From NCBI GenBank assembly GCA_026995045.1, contig JALWPK010000050.1:11805-75804 (forward strand): a stretch of DNA of 64,000 bases. Reading direction: 5' to 3'. Under the pieces are notes generated by a model that saw nothing but the letters and a program-made list of their open reading frames with translations, searched no databases and was not told the DNA's origin. The stretch is from Gammaproteobacteria bacterium (GTDB lineage Bacteria; Pseudomonadota; Gammaproteobacteria; SZUA-229). The translations under genes were made by a program, and so were the position numbers. Of the stretch, positions 38,174 to 48,100 are shown piece by piece (position 1 is the first letter of the stretch; the number at the start of each line of letters is the position of its first letter).

Positions 38174-39085
38174 ATGCCTTTAATTCAAGCGAATCAACTG
38201 ACGCGTTTTTACGGCGCGCATTGCGCGGTGGATCACATCAGTTTTACGCTCAACAAGGGCGACATTCTGGGTTTTCTCGGCCCCAATGGCGCCGGCAAGT
38301 CCACCACCATGCAGATGCTGACCGGCAACCTCGCGCCGTCCGAAGGGGAAATTCTGATTGACGGCGTCGACCTGCTGGACAAGCCCAAAACCGCAAAAGC
38401 CGCGCTGGGCTACTTGCCGGAACAACCCCCTCTTTATAAAGACCTGACTGTCGACGAATATCTGTTTTACTGCGCGCGCCTGCATCGCATCGATAAATCC
38501 GCTTTGCGCGGCGCCGTGGAGCTGGCGCAGCAGCGTTGCGGGCTGGTCGATGTGCGCAAGCGTCTTATCGGCAACCTTTCCAAAGGCTATCAGCAACGCG
38601 TTGGCATTGCGCAGGCGATTGTGCACTCGCCCCGCGTGATTATTCTTGATGAACCCACCGTTGGCCTCGATCCGATTCAGATACGCGAAATCCGGCAACT
38701 GATTACCGAACTGGGCAGGGAGCACGGCATCATTCTTTCCACCCACATTCTTCCCGAAGTGCAGGCCGTGTGTAACCGGGTACAGATTATTCATCAGGGC
38801 AAGCTGGTATTTGAATCGTCAATGCGCGACTTGCTGGAGCAAAACCACCACCAGTACAGGGTGGCTTTTCGCGCCGATGTCACGCAGCAGCAATTGCAGT
38901 TGCTCGACTGTGTTGACGATGCGCAACAACAGGGCGATGACTTTATCGTTACACTTAACGCATCCGCCGATGTGTTTGCAGAAGCAGTGGCGCGTGAAGG
39001 CTGGGGACTGCTGCAACTGACGCCACAGCAACATTCACTGGAGCAGATTTTTGTCAATCTCGCGCACCAGGAGCAGGCGGCATGA
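38174..39085 (+). CDS. ABC transporter ATP-binding protein (ABC-2/GldA-like)
   Basis: Walker A GPNGAGKST, signature LSKGYQQR and Walker B IILDEP. Confidence 0.9.
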   Translation: MPLIQANQLTRFYGAHCAVDHISFTLNKGDILGFLGPNGAGKSTTMQMLTGNLAPSEGEILIDGVDLLDKPKTAKAALGYLPEQPPLYKDLTVDEYLFYCARLHRIDKSALRGAVELAQQRCGLVDVRKRLIGNLSKGYQQRVGIAQAIVHSPRVIILDEPTVGLDPIQIREIRQLITELGREHGIILSTHILPEVQAVCNRVQIIHQGKLVFESSMRDLLEQNHHQYRVAFRADVTQQQLQLLDCVDDAQQQGDDFIVTLNASADVFAEAVAREGWGLLQLTPQQHSLEQIFVNLAHQEQAA

Positions 39086-39834
39086 TTCTCACCATCGCGC
39101 TGCGTGAATTTCGCAATCTTTTTCTGTCGCCACTGGCGTGGGTGGTGCTGGCTGTCACCCAGGCGATTCTGGCGTGGATGATGTTTGTGCAGATTGATGT
39201 GTTTTTCAGCTTGCAGGATCAACTCGCCACCATGCCGAACGCGCCCGGCGTCACCGATCTGGTAGTGGCGCCGATTCTGGAAATCGCCAGCATCATTCTG
39301 TTAATGATTACCCCGTTGATGACCATGCGTCTGCTCAGCGAGGAAAAACGCAGCGGCGCAATCAGCCTGCTGCTGTCCGCGCCGGTCAGCGCCACCGAAA
39401 TTGTTGTCGGCAAATATCTCGGCATTGTGCTGTTCATGCTGGTGTTTGTCAGCATGATTGCGCTGATGCCATTGTCGCTCTACATGGGAACCGAACTCGA
39501 CATGGGCAAACTGGCGGCGGGTCTGCTTGGCCTGTTGTTATTGTTGTCGGCGTTTTCCGCAGCCGGGCTGTTCATGTCGTCGCTGACAACCAGCCCGGTG
39601 GTGGCGGCGGTGAGCACGTTTGGCCTGTTGCTGTTGCTGTGGATTATCGACAGCAACGCAGGCGGCGATAACGCCAAGGACACGGTGCTGACCTATCTGT
39701 CCCTGCTGCAGCATTTCTCACCGCTGCTGCGCGGCATTGTCGACAGTCGCGACCTGGCCTATTTTGCACTGTTCATCCTGGGTTTTCTTGCGCTGAGCAT
39801 TCGACAGCTTGATGCGCAGAGGATACAAAACTGA
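39082..39834 (+). CDS. ABC-2 type permease (GldF-like)
   Basis: 250 aa and 6 TM segments. It overlaps the ATPase gene by 4 nt. Confidence 0.8.
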   Translation: MILTIALREFRNLFLSPLAWVVLAVTQAILAWMMFVQIDVFFSLQDQLATMPNAPGVTDLVVAPILEIASIILLMITPLMTMRLLSEEKRSGAISLLLSAPVSATEIVVGKYLGIVLFMLVFVSMIALMPLSLYMGTELDMGKLAAGLLGLLLLLSAFSAAGLFMSSLTTSPVVAAVSTFGLLLLLWIIDSNAGGDNAKDTVLTYLSLLQHFSPLLRGIVDSRDLAYFALFILGFLALSIRQLDAQRIQN

Positions 39835-41228
39835 TGGCCAGAATCGACGCCGGTCAGCGCCTGCAATTCAGCATCCAGAAATGGCTGTTCACCTTTCTGC
39901 TGCTAACGGTTATCGGCATGCTGGCCTGGCTGAGCAATGAAGTTAGCTGGCAGGCGGACTGGACCGCCAACAAACGCAACAGCCTGTCGCAGGGCAGTGT
40001 TGCGCTGCTGAAAACCCTGGACGGCGAAGTGCATGTGCGCGTTTACACGCGCAATGAAGGCGAACTGCGCCAGGCGGTGGATGAAATCCTGAAACGCTAT
40101 CAGCGCGAGAAAGACGACTTTCATTACCGCATCGTCAACCCCGACCTGGACATTGAGCAGGCGCAGTCTGACCAGGTCAGCCGCTATGGCCAGATTGTGG
40201 TGTATTACAATGGCCAGCGTGAAATCATCAGCAATCTCAGTGAACAGGCGATCAGCGGCGCCTTGTTGCGGCTCAGTCGCGGCGGAGGCAAACACATTGT
40301 TTTTCTCAGCGGTCATGGTGAGCGCGACCCGCAAAACAAAGATAACCGTGGCGTCAACCAGCTTGCGGCGCAACTGAAAACCAAAGGGTTTAGCATCGGC
40401 AAACACAATTTGCTGCAAGGGCCGTTGCCGGATGATACGCGCGTACTGGTGATCGCCAACCCGGAAAAACCCCTGCTCGCCGGCGAACTCGAACAGATAC
40501 AACAGTATCTGGATAACGGCGGCAACTTGTTGTGGCTGGCGGATCCGGGAAATGCTGATGATGACCTCGCCGGGCTGCAACCACTGGCGGACAAACTGGG
40601 CGTCCGCTTCATGCCGGGCATGGTGGTCGACAACAATGTCAACCTGCGCAAAACGCTGCGCATCGAGCACCCCGCCATCATCCCGGTGCTGGAATATTAT
40701 CCGCACGAGATTACCCGCAACATCAATTACAACACCCTGTTCCCGCTCGCACGCGGCGTGCAGCTTGACCAGAACACATCGGCTGGCTGGCAAGGCTCTG
40801 TTTTATGGCGCTCGTTCGAACGCAGCTGGAGCGAAACCTCGCCGCTCGGTGAGGAAATTGTTTTCTCCAGCGAAGGCGGCGACATCGCCGGTCCGGTTCC
40901 GTTGGCGTTGGCGCTGGAAAAAGTTCTTGCTGGCGATGGCGAAAAACAGGACAAGGCGACGCAGCGCGTGGTGGTGGTTGGCGACAGCGACTTTATCGCC
41001 AACGCCTACATCGGTGTAGGCGCCAATCTGGAACTGGCCAGTAATATCTTCAACTGGCTGGCTGGCGATGACGATTTGATTGCGGTGGACATCAAAAACG
41101 CGCCCGACCTGCAACTTCGCCTGAATGATTTTCAGGTATTACTAATCGGCGCCGGCTTTTTGTTTGTGCTGCCGCTGGCGCTGGTGCTGACCGGCGGCTT
41201 TATCTGGCATCGGCGGCGCAGGCGCTGA
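39834..41228 (+). CDS. GldG-like ABC-transport auxiliary protein
   Basis: 464 aa with N- and C-terminal TM anchors and a large periplasmic part. Its position after the GldA/GldF-like genes fits. The family assignment is from memory. Confidence 0.7.
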   Translation: MARIDAGQRLQFSIQKWLFTFLLLTVIGMLAWLSNEVSWQADWTANKRNSLSQGSVALLKTLDGEVHVRVYTRNEGELRQAVDEILKRYQREKDDFHYRIVNPDLDIEQAQSDQVSRYGQIVVYYNGQREIISNLSEQAISGALLRLSRGGGKHIVFLSGHGERDPQNKDNRGVNQLAAQLKTKGFSIGKHNLLQGPLPDDTRVLVIANPEKPLLAGELEQIQQYLDNGGNLLWLADPGNADDDLAGLQPLADKLGVRFMPGMVVDNNVNLRKTLRIEHPAIIPVLEYYPHEITRNINYNTLFPLARGVQLDQNTSAGWQGSVLWRSFERSWSETSPLGEEIVFSSEGGDIAGPVPLALALEKVLAGDGEKQDKATQRVVVVGDSDFIANAYIGVGANLELASNIFNWLAGDDDLIAVDIKNAPDLQLRLNDFQVLLIGAGFLFVLPLALVLTGGFIWHRRRRR

Positions 41229-41229
41229 C

Positions 41230-42135
41230 ATGCAATCCAGAGTCCTGCTCAATCTTGGTCTGCTGGCGCTGGTTGTCGCGCTGGGTTTGACTATTTTCAA
41301 TCTGCGCGACGACAGCGAGGATTACCAGCTCACCACACTGAAGCCGGATGACATCACCGCCATTGAAATACAACACCGTGATCGTTATGTGGTGCTGAAA
41401 AAACAGGATGACGGCTGGCGCATGACCCGCCCCATCAACATCCCGGCAAACAATTTTCGCGTCAACAGCCTGTTGAAGCTGATCAACACCACCGCGCACG
41501 CCAGCTACGACATATCGCAACTGAATCTGTCGCGTTACAAACTGGACAAGCCGCGCACCACCCTGCGCATTTTTGACGGCAATCAGGATACCCTGATCGC
41601 GTTCGGCTCCAGCAACCCCATCAATCGCATGCGCTATGTCATGGTGGGCGAGCGCATGTTTTTAATCGATGATAATTTTTATCCGCTGGCCAGCTCACAA
41701 ATCGGCGCGCTGATTTCACCGCGCCTGCTGCCTGACGTTGAACGCATCACCCGGTTGCAATTGCCAGAACTACGCATCGAACAAACAGATGAAGGCAAAT
41801 GGCGGCTGACGCCTGACAACAACACATTGTCCGCCGATGACATCAGCGCGCTGATTGATGAATGGCTGCATGCCGAAGCCTTTGGCGTGCATGACTATAT
41901 GCAGCGCGAACAGCTTGGCGATATCGATATCAGCGCGATTCGCGATGGTGCGCCGCAAACCCTGCGCTTCACGATTATCGATACCGAGCCCTGGCTGATT
42001 CTGGCGCGCCCTGATCTCGGTATTGAATACCATCTCAATGCCGAATCCTATGACAAACTGTTGCGTCCTGATCATTTGCAGGACAAGGCCGTGCTTGACG
42101 CGGAGCAGCAGCGCCTCGAACAGGACACCTTGTAG
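41230..42135 (+). CDS. DUF4340-like protein (fourth gene of the GldAFG-like operon)
   Basis: 301 aa with an N-terminal TM anchor. It is tightly packed after the gldG-like gene, as is commonly seen. Confidence 0.6.
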   Translation: MQSRVLLNLGLLALVVALGLTIFNLRDDSEDYQLTTLKPDDITAIEIQHRDRYVVLKKQDDGWRMTRPINIPANNFRVNSLLKLINTTAHASYDISQLNLSRYKLDKPRTTLRIFDGNQDTLIAFGSSNPINRMRYVMVGERMFLIDDNFYPLASSQIGALISPRLLPDVERITRLQLPELRIEQTDEGKWRLTPDNNTLSADDISALIDEWLHAEAFGVHDYMQREQLGDIDISAIRDGAPQTLRFTIIDTEPWLILARPDLGIEYHLNAESYDKLLRPDHLQDKAVLDAEQQRLEQDTL

Positions 42136-42240
42136 TAAACAGCTAAACAGCACATTTGTAACAAACTCGCCTGCCTGGCAACTTCACCTGCCCTGCGCGC
42201 TGCTCTATAATGACGACCCAATCTTTACAGGAATCCCATC

Positions 42241-42660
42241 ATGGCTGCTAACACATTTGGCTGGAATGCATTTCTGGTGCGCTTTGTTTTCGCACTGGTT
42301 GTGGTGTTCGCCACCTACAACCCGGAAGGCTATTCCTATTTTCACTGGATAAAAGATGTGTTTCCATCGGTAACCGTTTATATGGCTTTCGCCGGCGTGG
42401 TGCTGCTGATTGGCTGGGTGATGCTGATACGCGCCACCCTCGGTTCACTCGGCATGTTTGGCATCATTCTCGCGGTGGCGTTTTTCGGCCTGCTGATCTG
42501 GCTGATTGTCGACGTGCTTGGCCTGTCCACCAACAGCACCCGCGTGATCAGCTATATAGTCGAAATCATGCTGGTCGGCGTACTCAGCGCCGGCGTCTCC
42601 TGGTCGCATATCCGTCGCCGTGTATCCGGCCAGGTCGACACTGACGAGCTAGAGCGCTAA
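42241..42660 (+). CDS. hypothetical 4-TM membrane protein
   Basis: 139 aa with four hydrophobic helices. No motif recognised with confidence. Confidence 0.5.
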   Translation: MAANTFGWNAFLVRFVFALVVVFATYNPEGYSYFHWIKDVFPSVTVYMAFAGVVLLIGWVMLIRATLGSLGMFGIILAVAFFGLLIWLIVDVLGLSTNSTRVISYIVEIMLVGVLSAGVSWSHIRRRVSGQVDTDELER

Positions 42661-42679
42661 CCGCGCTCGCCACTGATGC

Positions 42680-43495
42680 ATGCCCGAACTTCCCGAGGTT
42701 GAAACCAGCCGCCGCGGTATCGCGCCGCACGTTCAGGGGCAGACAGTTCGCTGCGTCATCATCCGTCAACCCAATCTGCGCTGGCCGGCGCCGGATGAAC
42801 TGCCCACCCTCATCACACGCCGGAAAATTCTCGCTGTCGACCGCCGCGGCAAATATATATTGCTCAGATTCACCAACGGCGCGGTGATATTGCACCTGGG
42901 CATGTCCGGCAGCCTGCGCATCGCCACCCGCAACACGGCTATCCGCGATCATGACCATGTCGATATCGTACTTGGCAACGACAAAATTCTGCGCCTGCAT
43001 GACCCGCGGCGTTTCGGTTGCGTGCTATGGACGGACAACCCCGCCGAACAGCACAAGCTGCTGGCCAAACTCGGCCCTGAACCCTTGTCCGATGAATTTA
43101 ACGGCGCGTATCTGCACCGGCAATCGCGCAAACGCCGTTGCTCTGTCAAAGCCTTCATCATGAACAGTCATATTGTTGTCGGCGTGGGCAACATCTACGC
43201 CAGTGAATCGCTGTTCATCGCCGGCATCAACCCCAGGCGCAAGGCCGGCTCCATCTCCAGGCAACGTTATGATGCGCTGGCCGACGCCATCAAACAGATT
43301 CTTGCCGCCGCCATTGAACAGGGCGGAACCACCCTGCGCGACTTCACCCGCGAGGATGGACAACCCGGCTACTTTGCGCAACAACTGTATGTTTACGGCA
43401 AGGCGGGCGAGGCTTGCCAGCAATGTGGCGGCGTCATCAAACAGGTCACGCAACAACAACGCAGCAGTTTCTATTGCAGTCATTGCCAGAAATAG
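42680..43495 (+). CDS. mutM: formamidopyrimidine-DNA glycosylase
   Basis: N-terminal MPELPEVE and a C-terminal zinc finger CQQCGG...CSHCQ. Length is 271 aa. Confidence 0.95.
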   Translation: MPELPEVETSRRGIAPHVQGQTVRCVIIRQPNLRWPAPDELPTLITRRKILAVDRRGKYILLRFTNGAVILHLGMSGSLRIATRNTAIRDHDHVDIVLGNDKILRLHDPRRFGCVLWTDNPAEQHKLLAKLGPEPLSDEFNGAYLHRQSRKRRCSVKAFIMNSHIVVGVGNIYASESLFIAGINPRRKAGSISRQRYDALADAIKQILAAAIEQGGTTLRDFTREDGQPGYFAQQLYVYGKAGEACQQCGGVIKQVTQQQRSSFYCSHCQK

Positions 43496-43549
43496 CGCTG
43501 TGCCGTATTCGGGATTGTTATCCGCTACAAGTGGCGCTATGCTGCCCGC

Positions 43550-45025
43550 ATGAGTGAAACGCGCCACCCTGTCACCGCTAAAATCGGCCTCTGGCTTGGG
43601 CCGTTGCTTTTCATCCTGATTGAAACCACAGCTGACCTGCCCACCAACAGCATCACCCACATGGCGGACATCGCCAGCCTGATGGTGGCGTGGTGGATAA
43701 CCGAGGCCATCCCGCTGGCCGCCACCGCCTTGCTGCCGCTGGTGCTGTTTCCATTGCTTGGCGTCAGCAGCGGCAAGGATATTGCCAAGGTCTACATGAA
43801 CTCCACTATCTTCCTGTTCATCGGCGGCTTTATCCTGGCGCTGGCGATGCAACGCTGGGGGCTGCATCAACGCATCGCCATGCGCATCATCAGCTGGTTT
43901 CACGGCAGCGCGCGCATGATGGTGCTGGGCTTTATGCTGACCAGCGCGTTTTTGTCGATGTGGATTTCCAACACAGCCACCGCCACCATGCTGCTGCCTA
44001 TCGGGCTGGCGGTTTATGCCAGCAGCGCGGCGTCACTGGATGAGGCGGCCAAGCATAAACTGCTGACCACCTTGATGCTGGGCATTGCCTATGCCTGCTC
44101 CATCGGCGGTATCAGCACGCTGATTGGCACGCCGCCCAACATGGCGCTGCAACGTATTTTCAGCATCAGCTTTCCGGAGGCGCCGGAAATCAGTTTTGCG
44201 CAATGGCTGTTTTTCGCCCTGCCAATTTCACTCAGCATGCTGGCCGTCACCTGGCTGGTGATTACCCGGCGCTATGCCGGCAAGCAATTTTCCGCCCTGG
44301 CCAAACCCAAAAACCTGGAGACAGGGCATGCGATGAGTTATGAGCAAAAAGCTGTAGCCGTGGTTTTTACCGCCACCGCACTGGCGTGGATTTTTCGCCG
44401 CAATATTAACCTGGGCGCGCTCATCCTGCCCGGCTGGTCCGGCCTGCTGCCTCACCCCGGCTTGCTAGATGACGGCACGGTTGCGATTGCCGCCGCATTG
44501 CTGCTGTTTATCCTTCCCAGCCGGGATCGCTCACGCTACCGCACGCTGGTCGATGTCAACACCATCGCCGAAATTCCGTGGAAGATTGTGTTGTTGTTTG
44601 GCGGCGGGTTTGCGCTGGCGAAAGGCTTCACCGCCAGCGGACTGGCGGAATATGTTGGCCAGCAATTTATTTCGCTGAAACAACTGGACACGGTGTCGCT
44701 GATTGCCGGGCTTTCCTCCATGGTGGTGTTTTTAACCGAGGTCACATCCAATACCGCCACTGCAGAAATGCTGCTGCCGCTGGTTGCTTCGGTTGCGCAG
44801 GCGATTGAAGTCAATCCGTTGTTGCTTATGATACCGGTCACGCTGGCGGCGTCCATGGCGTTTATGATGCCGGTCGCCACCCCACCCAATGCGATTGTCT
44901 TCGCCTCCGGCAAACTGCGCATTCAGGACATGGTGACTACCGGCCTGATTATCAACCTGTTCGCCATCGTCATCATCACGGTCATCACCTGGTGGTGGGG
45001 AAGCAGGATTTTTGCGCTGCAATAA
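43550..45025 (+). CDS. DASS/SLC13-family sodium-coupled anion symporter
   Basis: 491 aa and multi-TM. It has WWITEAIPLAATALLPLVLFPLLGV and SNTATA motifs in each of its two repeats. Confidence 0.85.
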   Translation: MSETRHPVTAKIGLWLGPLLFILIETTADLPTNSITHMADIASLMVAWWITEAIPLAATALLPLVLFPLLGVSSGKDIAKVYMNSTIFLFIGGFILALAMQRWGLHQRIAMRIISWFHGSARMMVLGFMLTSAFLSMWISNTATATMLLPIGLAVYASSAASLDEAAKHKLLTTLMLGIAYACSIGGISTLIGTPPNMALQRIFSISFPEAPEISFAQWLFFALPISLSMLAVTWLVITRRYAGKQFSALAKPKNLETGHAMSYEQKAVAVVFTATALAWIFRRNINLGALILPGWSGLLPHPGLLDDGTVAIAAALLLFILPSRDRSRYRTLVDVNTIAEIPWKIVLLFGGGFALAKGFTASGLAEYVGQQFISLKQLDTVSLIAGLSSMVVFLTEVTSNTATAEMLLPLVASVAQAIEVNPLLLMIPVTLAASMAFMMPVATPPNAIVFASGKLRIQDMVTTGLIINLFAIVIITVITWWWGSRIFALQ

Positions 45026-45049
45026 AAAGGCCGGCAATCATGCCGGCCT
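45020..45049 (-). terminator. rho-independent terminator for the DUF481-like gene
   Basis: A perfect 9-bp stem AGGCCGGCA/TGCCGGCCT (45028-45036 / 45041-45049). The T-run (TTTTATT) is present only when read on the minus strand. Confidence 0.6.
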
Positions 45050-45072
45050 CATCATCGCCGGAACTGTTTCTG

Positions 45073-45825
45073 TCAGAAAGAGTAAACCAGCGTCACTGCG
45101 GTTTCGCTATCGGTTTTTTCCTTGCCCGCTGGTACTTCGGAATTGTTTTTGACTGTCAGCGTCAGCTTCATCGCCAGACTCGAATTGATGTTCGCGGTCA
45201 GCGCGGTAACGGACTTGGTGACTGTCAGATTACTGGCCACATCCGAAGTAAGGTCTTCAGTGAAGGTCGAGTTATCTGATATTTTCCAGACATATTTGGC
45301 GCCCAGCCGGACCAGCCCTTCCGTGTCTGTCTGCTGACTGACACTGTCCTTGACCGAGCGCACACCGGGGCCAATTTCCAGATCCAACGTCATGTCTTTA
45401 TCGTTGATAATGCGTATGCCATAACCGGCTGCAAGCGTGGCCTGATAGTCAAAACCACTAAAACGATCCTTGTCATAGTTCAGGATAATGAAGGCGTAAT
45501 CGGTTTCATTGAATTTGTAGTCTGACTTGCCTGACAGCTGATAGCGCTCGGCTGAACGCGTTTCGATGCTGGTGGCGGTGTCAGTGGTTTTGGCGCCAAA
45601 CGCCTCGGCATGCACATTGTGCCGCCAATTCTCGCCTTTCGTTTCATGCGTGGCGTCAATCTTGGCGTTGATGGTCGAAGTTTCGCTGTTGCCGGATGTC
45701 ACCACATAGCCCAGTTCGGCTGTGGTTTTCCAGGGCGAGGCTTGTTCTGCTGCGTATGACGCAACACTGGCTGTCGCGCTAACGACAACCAGTGTTGCTA
45801 CAGCCACTTGCTGCATGTTTTTCAT
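45073..45825 (-). CDS. DUF481-like outer-membrane protein (YdiY-like)
   Basis: Signal peptide, WKTTAELGYVVTSGNSETST motif, beta-strand periodicity and a C-terminal ...TLVYSF. Confidence 0.75.
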   Translation of the reverse strand: MKNMQQVAVATLVVVSATASVASYAAEQASPWKTTAELGYVVTSGNSETSTINAKIDATHETKGENWRHNVHAEAFGAKTTDTATSIETRSAERYQLSGKSDYKFNETDYAFIILNYDKDRFSGFDYQATLAAGYGIRIINDKDMTLDLEIGPGVRSVKDSVSQQTDTEGLVRLGAKYVWKISDNSTFTEDLTSDVASNLTVTKSVTALTANINSSLAMKLTLTVKNNSEVPAGKEKTDSETAVTLVYSF

Positions 45826-45851
45826 ATTGTACTCTTTGCTATATGGAACGA

Positions 45852-46667
45852 TTAAGCGGCATGCTGATGAACGTCCATCTGCGGGTAAGGAATCGAAATA
45901 CCCGCGGCGTCGAACGCCAGCTTGATTTTTTCATGGGTGTCAAAGTAAACGCCCCAGTAGTCGCCGGATTTTACCCAGGGACGCACATTAAAGTTAACAC
46001 TGCTGTCCGCCAGCTCGCCAACCGCAATCAGCGGAGCAGGATCATTCAGCACACGGTCATCTTCATCCAGAATCTGCTTGATGATGTCCTTGGCCTTGCG
46101 GATGTCGTCATCATAGCCAATGCCGAACACCATATCAACGCGGCGGGTATCGCGCGCGGAAACATTGGTGATAGTGCCGCCATACAGCGCGCCGTTTGGC
46201 ACGATGATTTCCTTGTTGTCGCCGGTTCGCATGGTGGTGCTGAAGATGCCGATTTCCTCGACCACGCCGGAGACGCCAGCCGCTTCAATAAAATCGCCAT
46301 TTTTAAACGGACGGAAGATAATCAGCATCACACCGGAAGCCAGGTTTTGCAACGAACCCTGCAAGGCAAGGCCAATGGCCAGACCGGCGGCGCCAATCAA
46401 GGCGATAAGCGAGGTGGTGTCGACGCCCAGTTGATCCAACGCCGCAATAACAACAAACAACAGCAACACGGTTTTGATGATGGAGCCGATAAAATTGACC
46501 AGCAACTCGTCAACCTTGGCTTTTTTCATCAGTGACTTGGCGACATTGGTCAGAATGCCGACTACCATCTTACCGACGATGAAAATGGCCAGCGCCATCA
46601 CGATATTGATTCCCCACGGAATCACATAAGTATCCAGCATTTCCTGTATATTGATATTTTCAAGCAT
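45852..46667 (-). CDS. mscS: small-conductance mechanosensitive channel
   Basis: ORF trimmed to the ATG at 46667, preceded by GGGGGAA. It has three TM segments followed by LASGVMLIIFRPFKNGDFIE, typical of MscS. Confidence 0.9.
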   Translation of the reverse strand: MLENINIQEMLDTYVIPWGINIVMALAIFIVGKMVVGILTNVAKSLMKKAKVDELLVNFIGSIIKTVLLLFVVIAALDQLGVDTTSLIALIGAAGLAIGLALQGSLQNLASGVMLIIFRPFKNGDFIEAAGVSGVVEEIGIFSTTMRTGDNKEIIVPNGALYGGTITNVSARDTRRVDMVFGIGYDDDIRKAKDIIKQILDEDDRVLNDPAPLIAVGELADSSVNFNVRPWVKSGDYWGVYFDTHEKIKLAFDAAGISIPYPQMDVHQHAA

Positions 46668-46790
46668 GGCGTTTCCCCCTGTTATTTTTAGCCCTTTGTC
46701 TGGCAGAGCGCTTGTCACTCTGAGACCCGGGATACTAACATACTGTTTTCAAAACGCTATTAGCGTTATCAATTGTTAACATTTTTTGTA

Positions 46791-47330
46791 ATGAAAAACT
46801 CACTCAACACGATTATTGATGTCAAACTGACGGATATCACCCAGTTACCGGTCGATGCGATTGTCAACGCCGCCAACAAAAGCCTGCTGGGAGGGGGTGG
46901 TGTCGATGGCGCGATACACGCCGCTGCCGGCAAGCAACTGCTGCGCGAATGCCGCGCGCTTGACGGCTGTGAAACCGGCGAAGCCAAAATCACCTCGGGC
47001 TATTTGTTGCCGGCGCGTTATGTCATTCATACCGTCGGCCCGGTGTGGCGCGGCGGCAATCACGGTGAAGCCGAACTGCTGGCCAGCTGTTACCGCAACA
47101 GCCTCGCGCTGGCGGCTGAATATGCTGTCAAATCCATCGCCTTTCCCGCCATCAGTTGCGGTGTGTACGGTTACCCCGCCGGGCAGGCGGTGCGAATCGC
47201 TGTCGACACTGTGCTGGCCGCGTTGCCGCAATATCAATTTGAGCAGGTCATTTTTGTCTGCTTCAACGAAACCCTGCTGGAACTTTACCGGCAACGGCAT
47301 TGTCAAAGCGCGCGCCCTATAAATGCTTGA
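46791..47330 (+). CDS. macro-domain protein (O-acetyl-ADP-ribose deacetylase, YmdB-like)
   Basis: ORF trimmed to MKNSLNT (46791). Motifs are [19 protein letters not shown] and [14 protein letters not shown]. Confidence 0.9.
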   Translation: MKNSLNTIIDVKLTDITQLPVDAIVNAANKSLLGGGGVDGAIHAAAGKQLLRECRALDGCETGEAKITSGYLLPARYVIHTVGPVWRGGNHGEAELLASCYRNSLALAAEYAVKSIAFPAISCGVYGYPAGQAVRIAVDTVLAALPQYQFEQVIFVCFNETLLELYRQRHCQSARPINA

Positions 47331-47378
47331 TATAAATGACATTCTGTCTTTCCTGTACTATACTTGGTGTCGCTGGAT

Positions 47379-47780
47379 ATGACAAACCGCTCAAACAATA
47401 TTGCAACCATGGCCGTCATCAAACCATTCGAGCGCAGAAACTCGCATCGCTACCGGGTCGAACTGGCGCTGGATCTGGTGCTGGAAAACGGCGGCATTCT
47501 GCCGGTAACGGCGAACAATATTTCCGAGCAAGGCTTGCAGTTCAGCTGTGACGGCTGGGTAGCCAATGAAATTGATCCGCGCGGCATCCACAATCACCCG
47601 CTGGACAATATCCCGGTCAAGGTGGTGTTCACCCTGCACGATAACAGCAAGCTGTACATACGATGCCATGTAGTGTCGGCGCGCAGGCTGTCGCAGGACA
47701 ACTATCTTATCGGACTGGCTTTTGCCGACTTTGAGGGTGGTGGCGAAACGCGTTTGCTTGAGTATCTTGAAACGCTCTAG
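47379..47780 (+). CDS. PilZ-domain protein (c-di-GMP binding candidate)
   Basis: RRNSHR (RxxxR) and NNISEQG (D/NxSxxG) motifs at the correct spacing. Confidence 0.7.
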   Translation: MTNRSNNIATMAVIKPFERRNSHRYRVELALDLVLENGGILPVTANNISEQGLQFSCDGWVANEIDPRGIHNHPLDNIPVKVVFTLHDNSKLYIRCHVVSARRLSQDNYLIGLAFADFEGGGETRLLEYLETL

Positions 47781-48100
47781 CAGTCTGCAAGCCGAACTGA
47801 ACCCAATTCTCCTCGATTCCCCACGGGCAGTCCTGCCTGTGAGACATGCCGCTGGCAGGCTTTTTCAACATTCCGCTAGACAAACGTCCATCTTCGCCTG
47901 CTGCAGGCTTATGTCTGTCCTGGCGATGGAATAAATATCATTTTCCTTGCATTTCAAACAGTTACTAGCATTTTACAACCAACAAAGCTCCATTCAGCAT
48001 ATCAAACCGGCGCTTTTCGCTGGCCGGCGCGGTATTTTTATTTGCTTATCGACATAGTTGTATATTATAATTTTCTTATATTATTAACTTAATATCTAAG

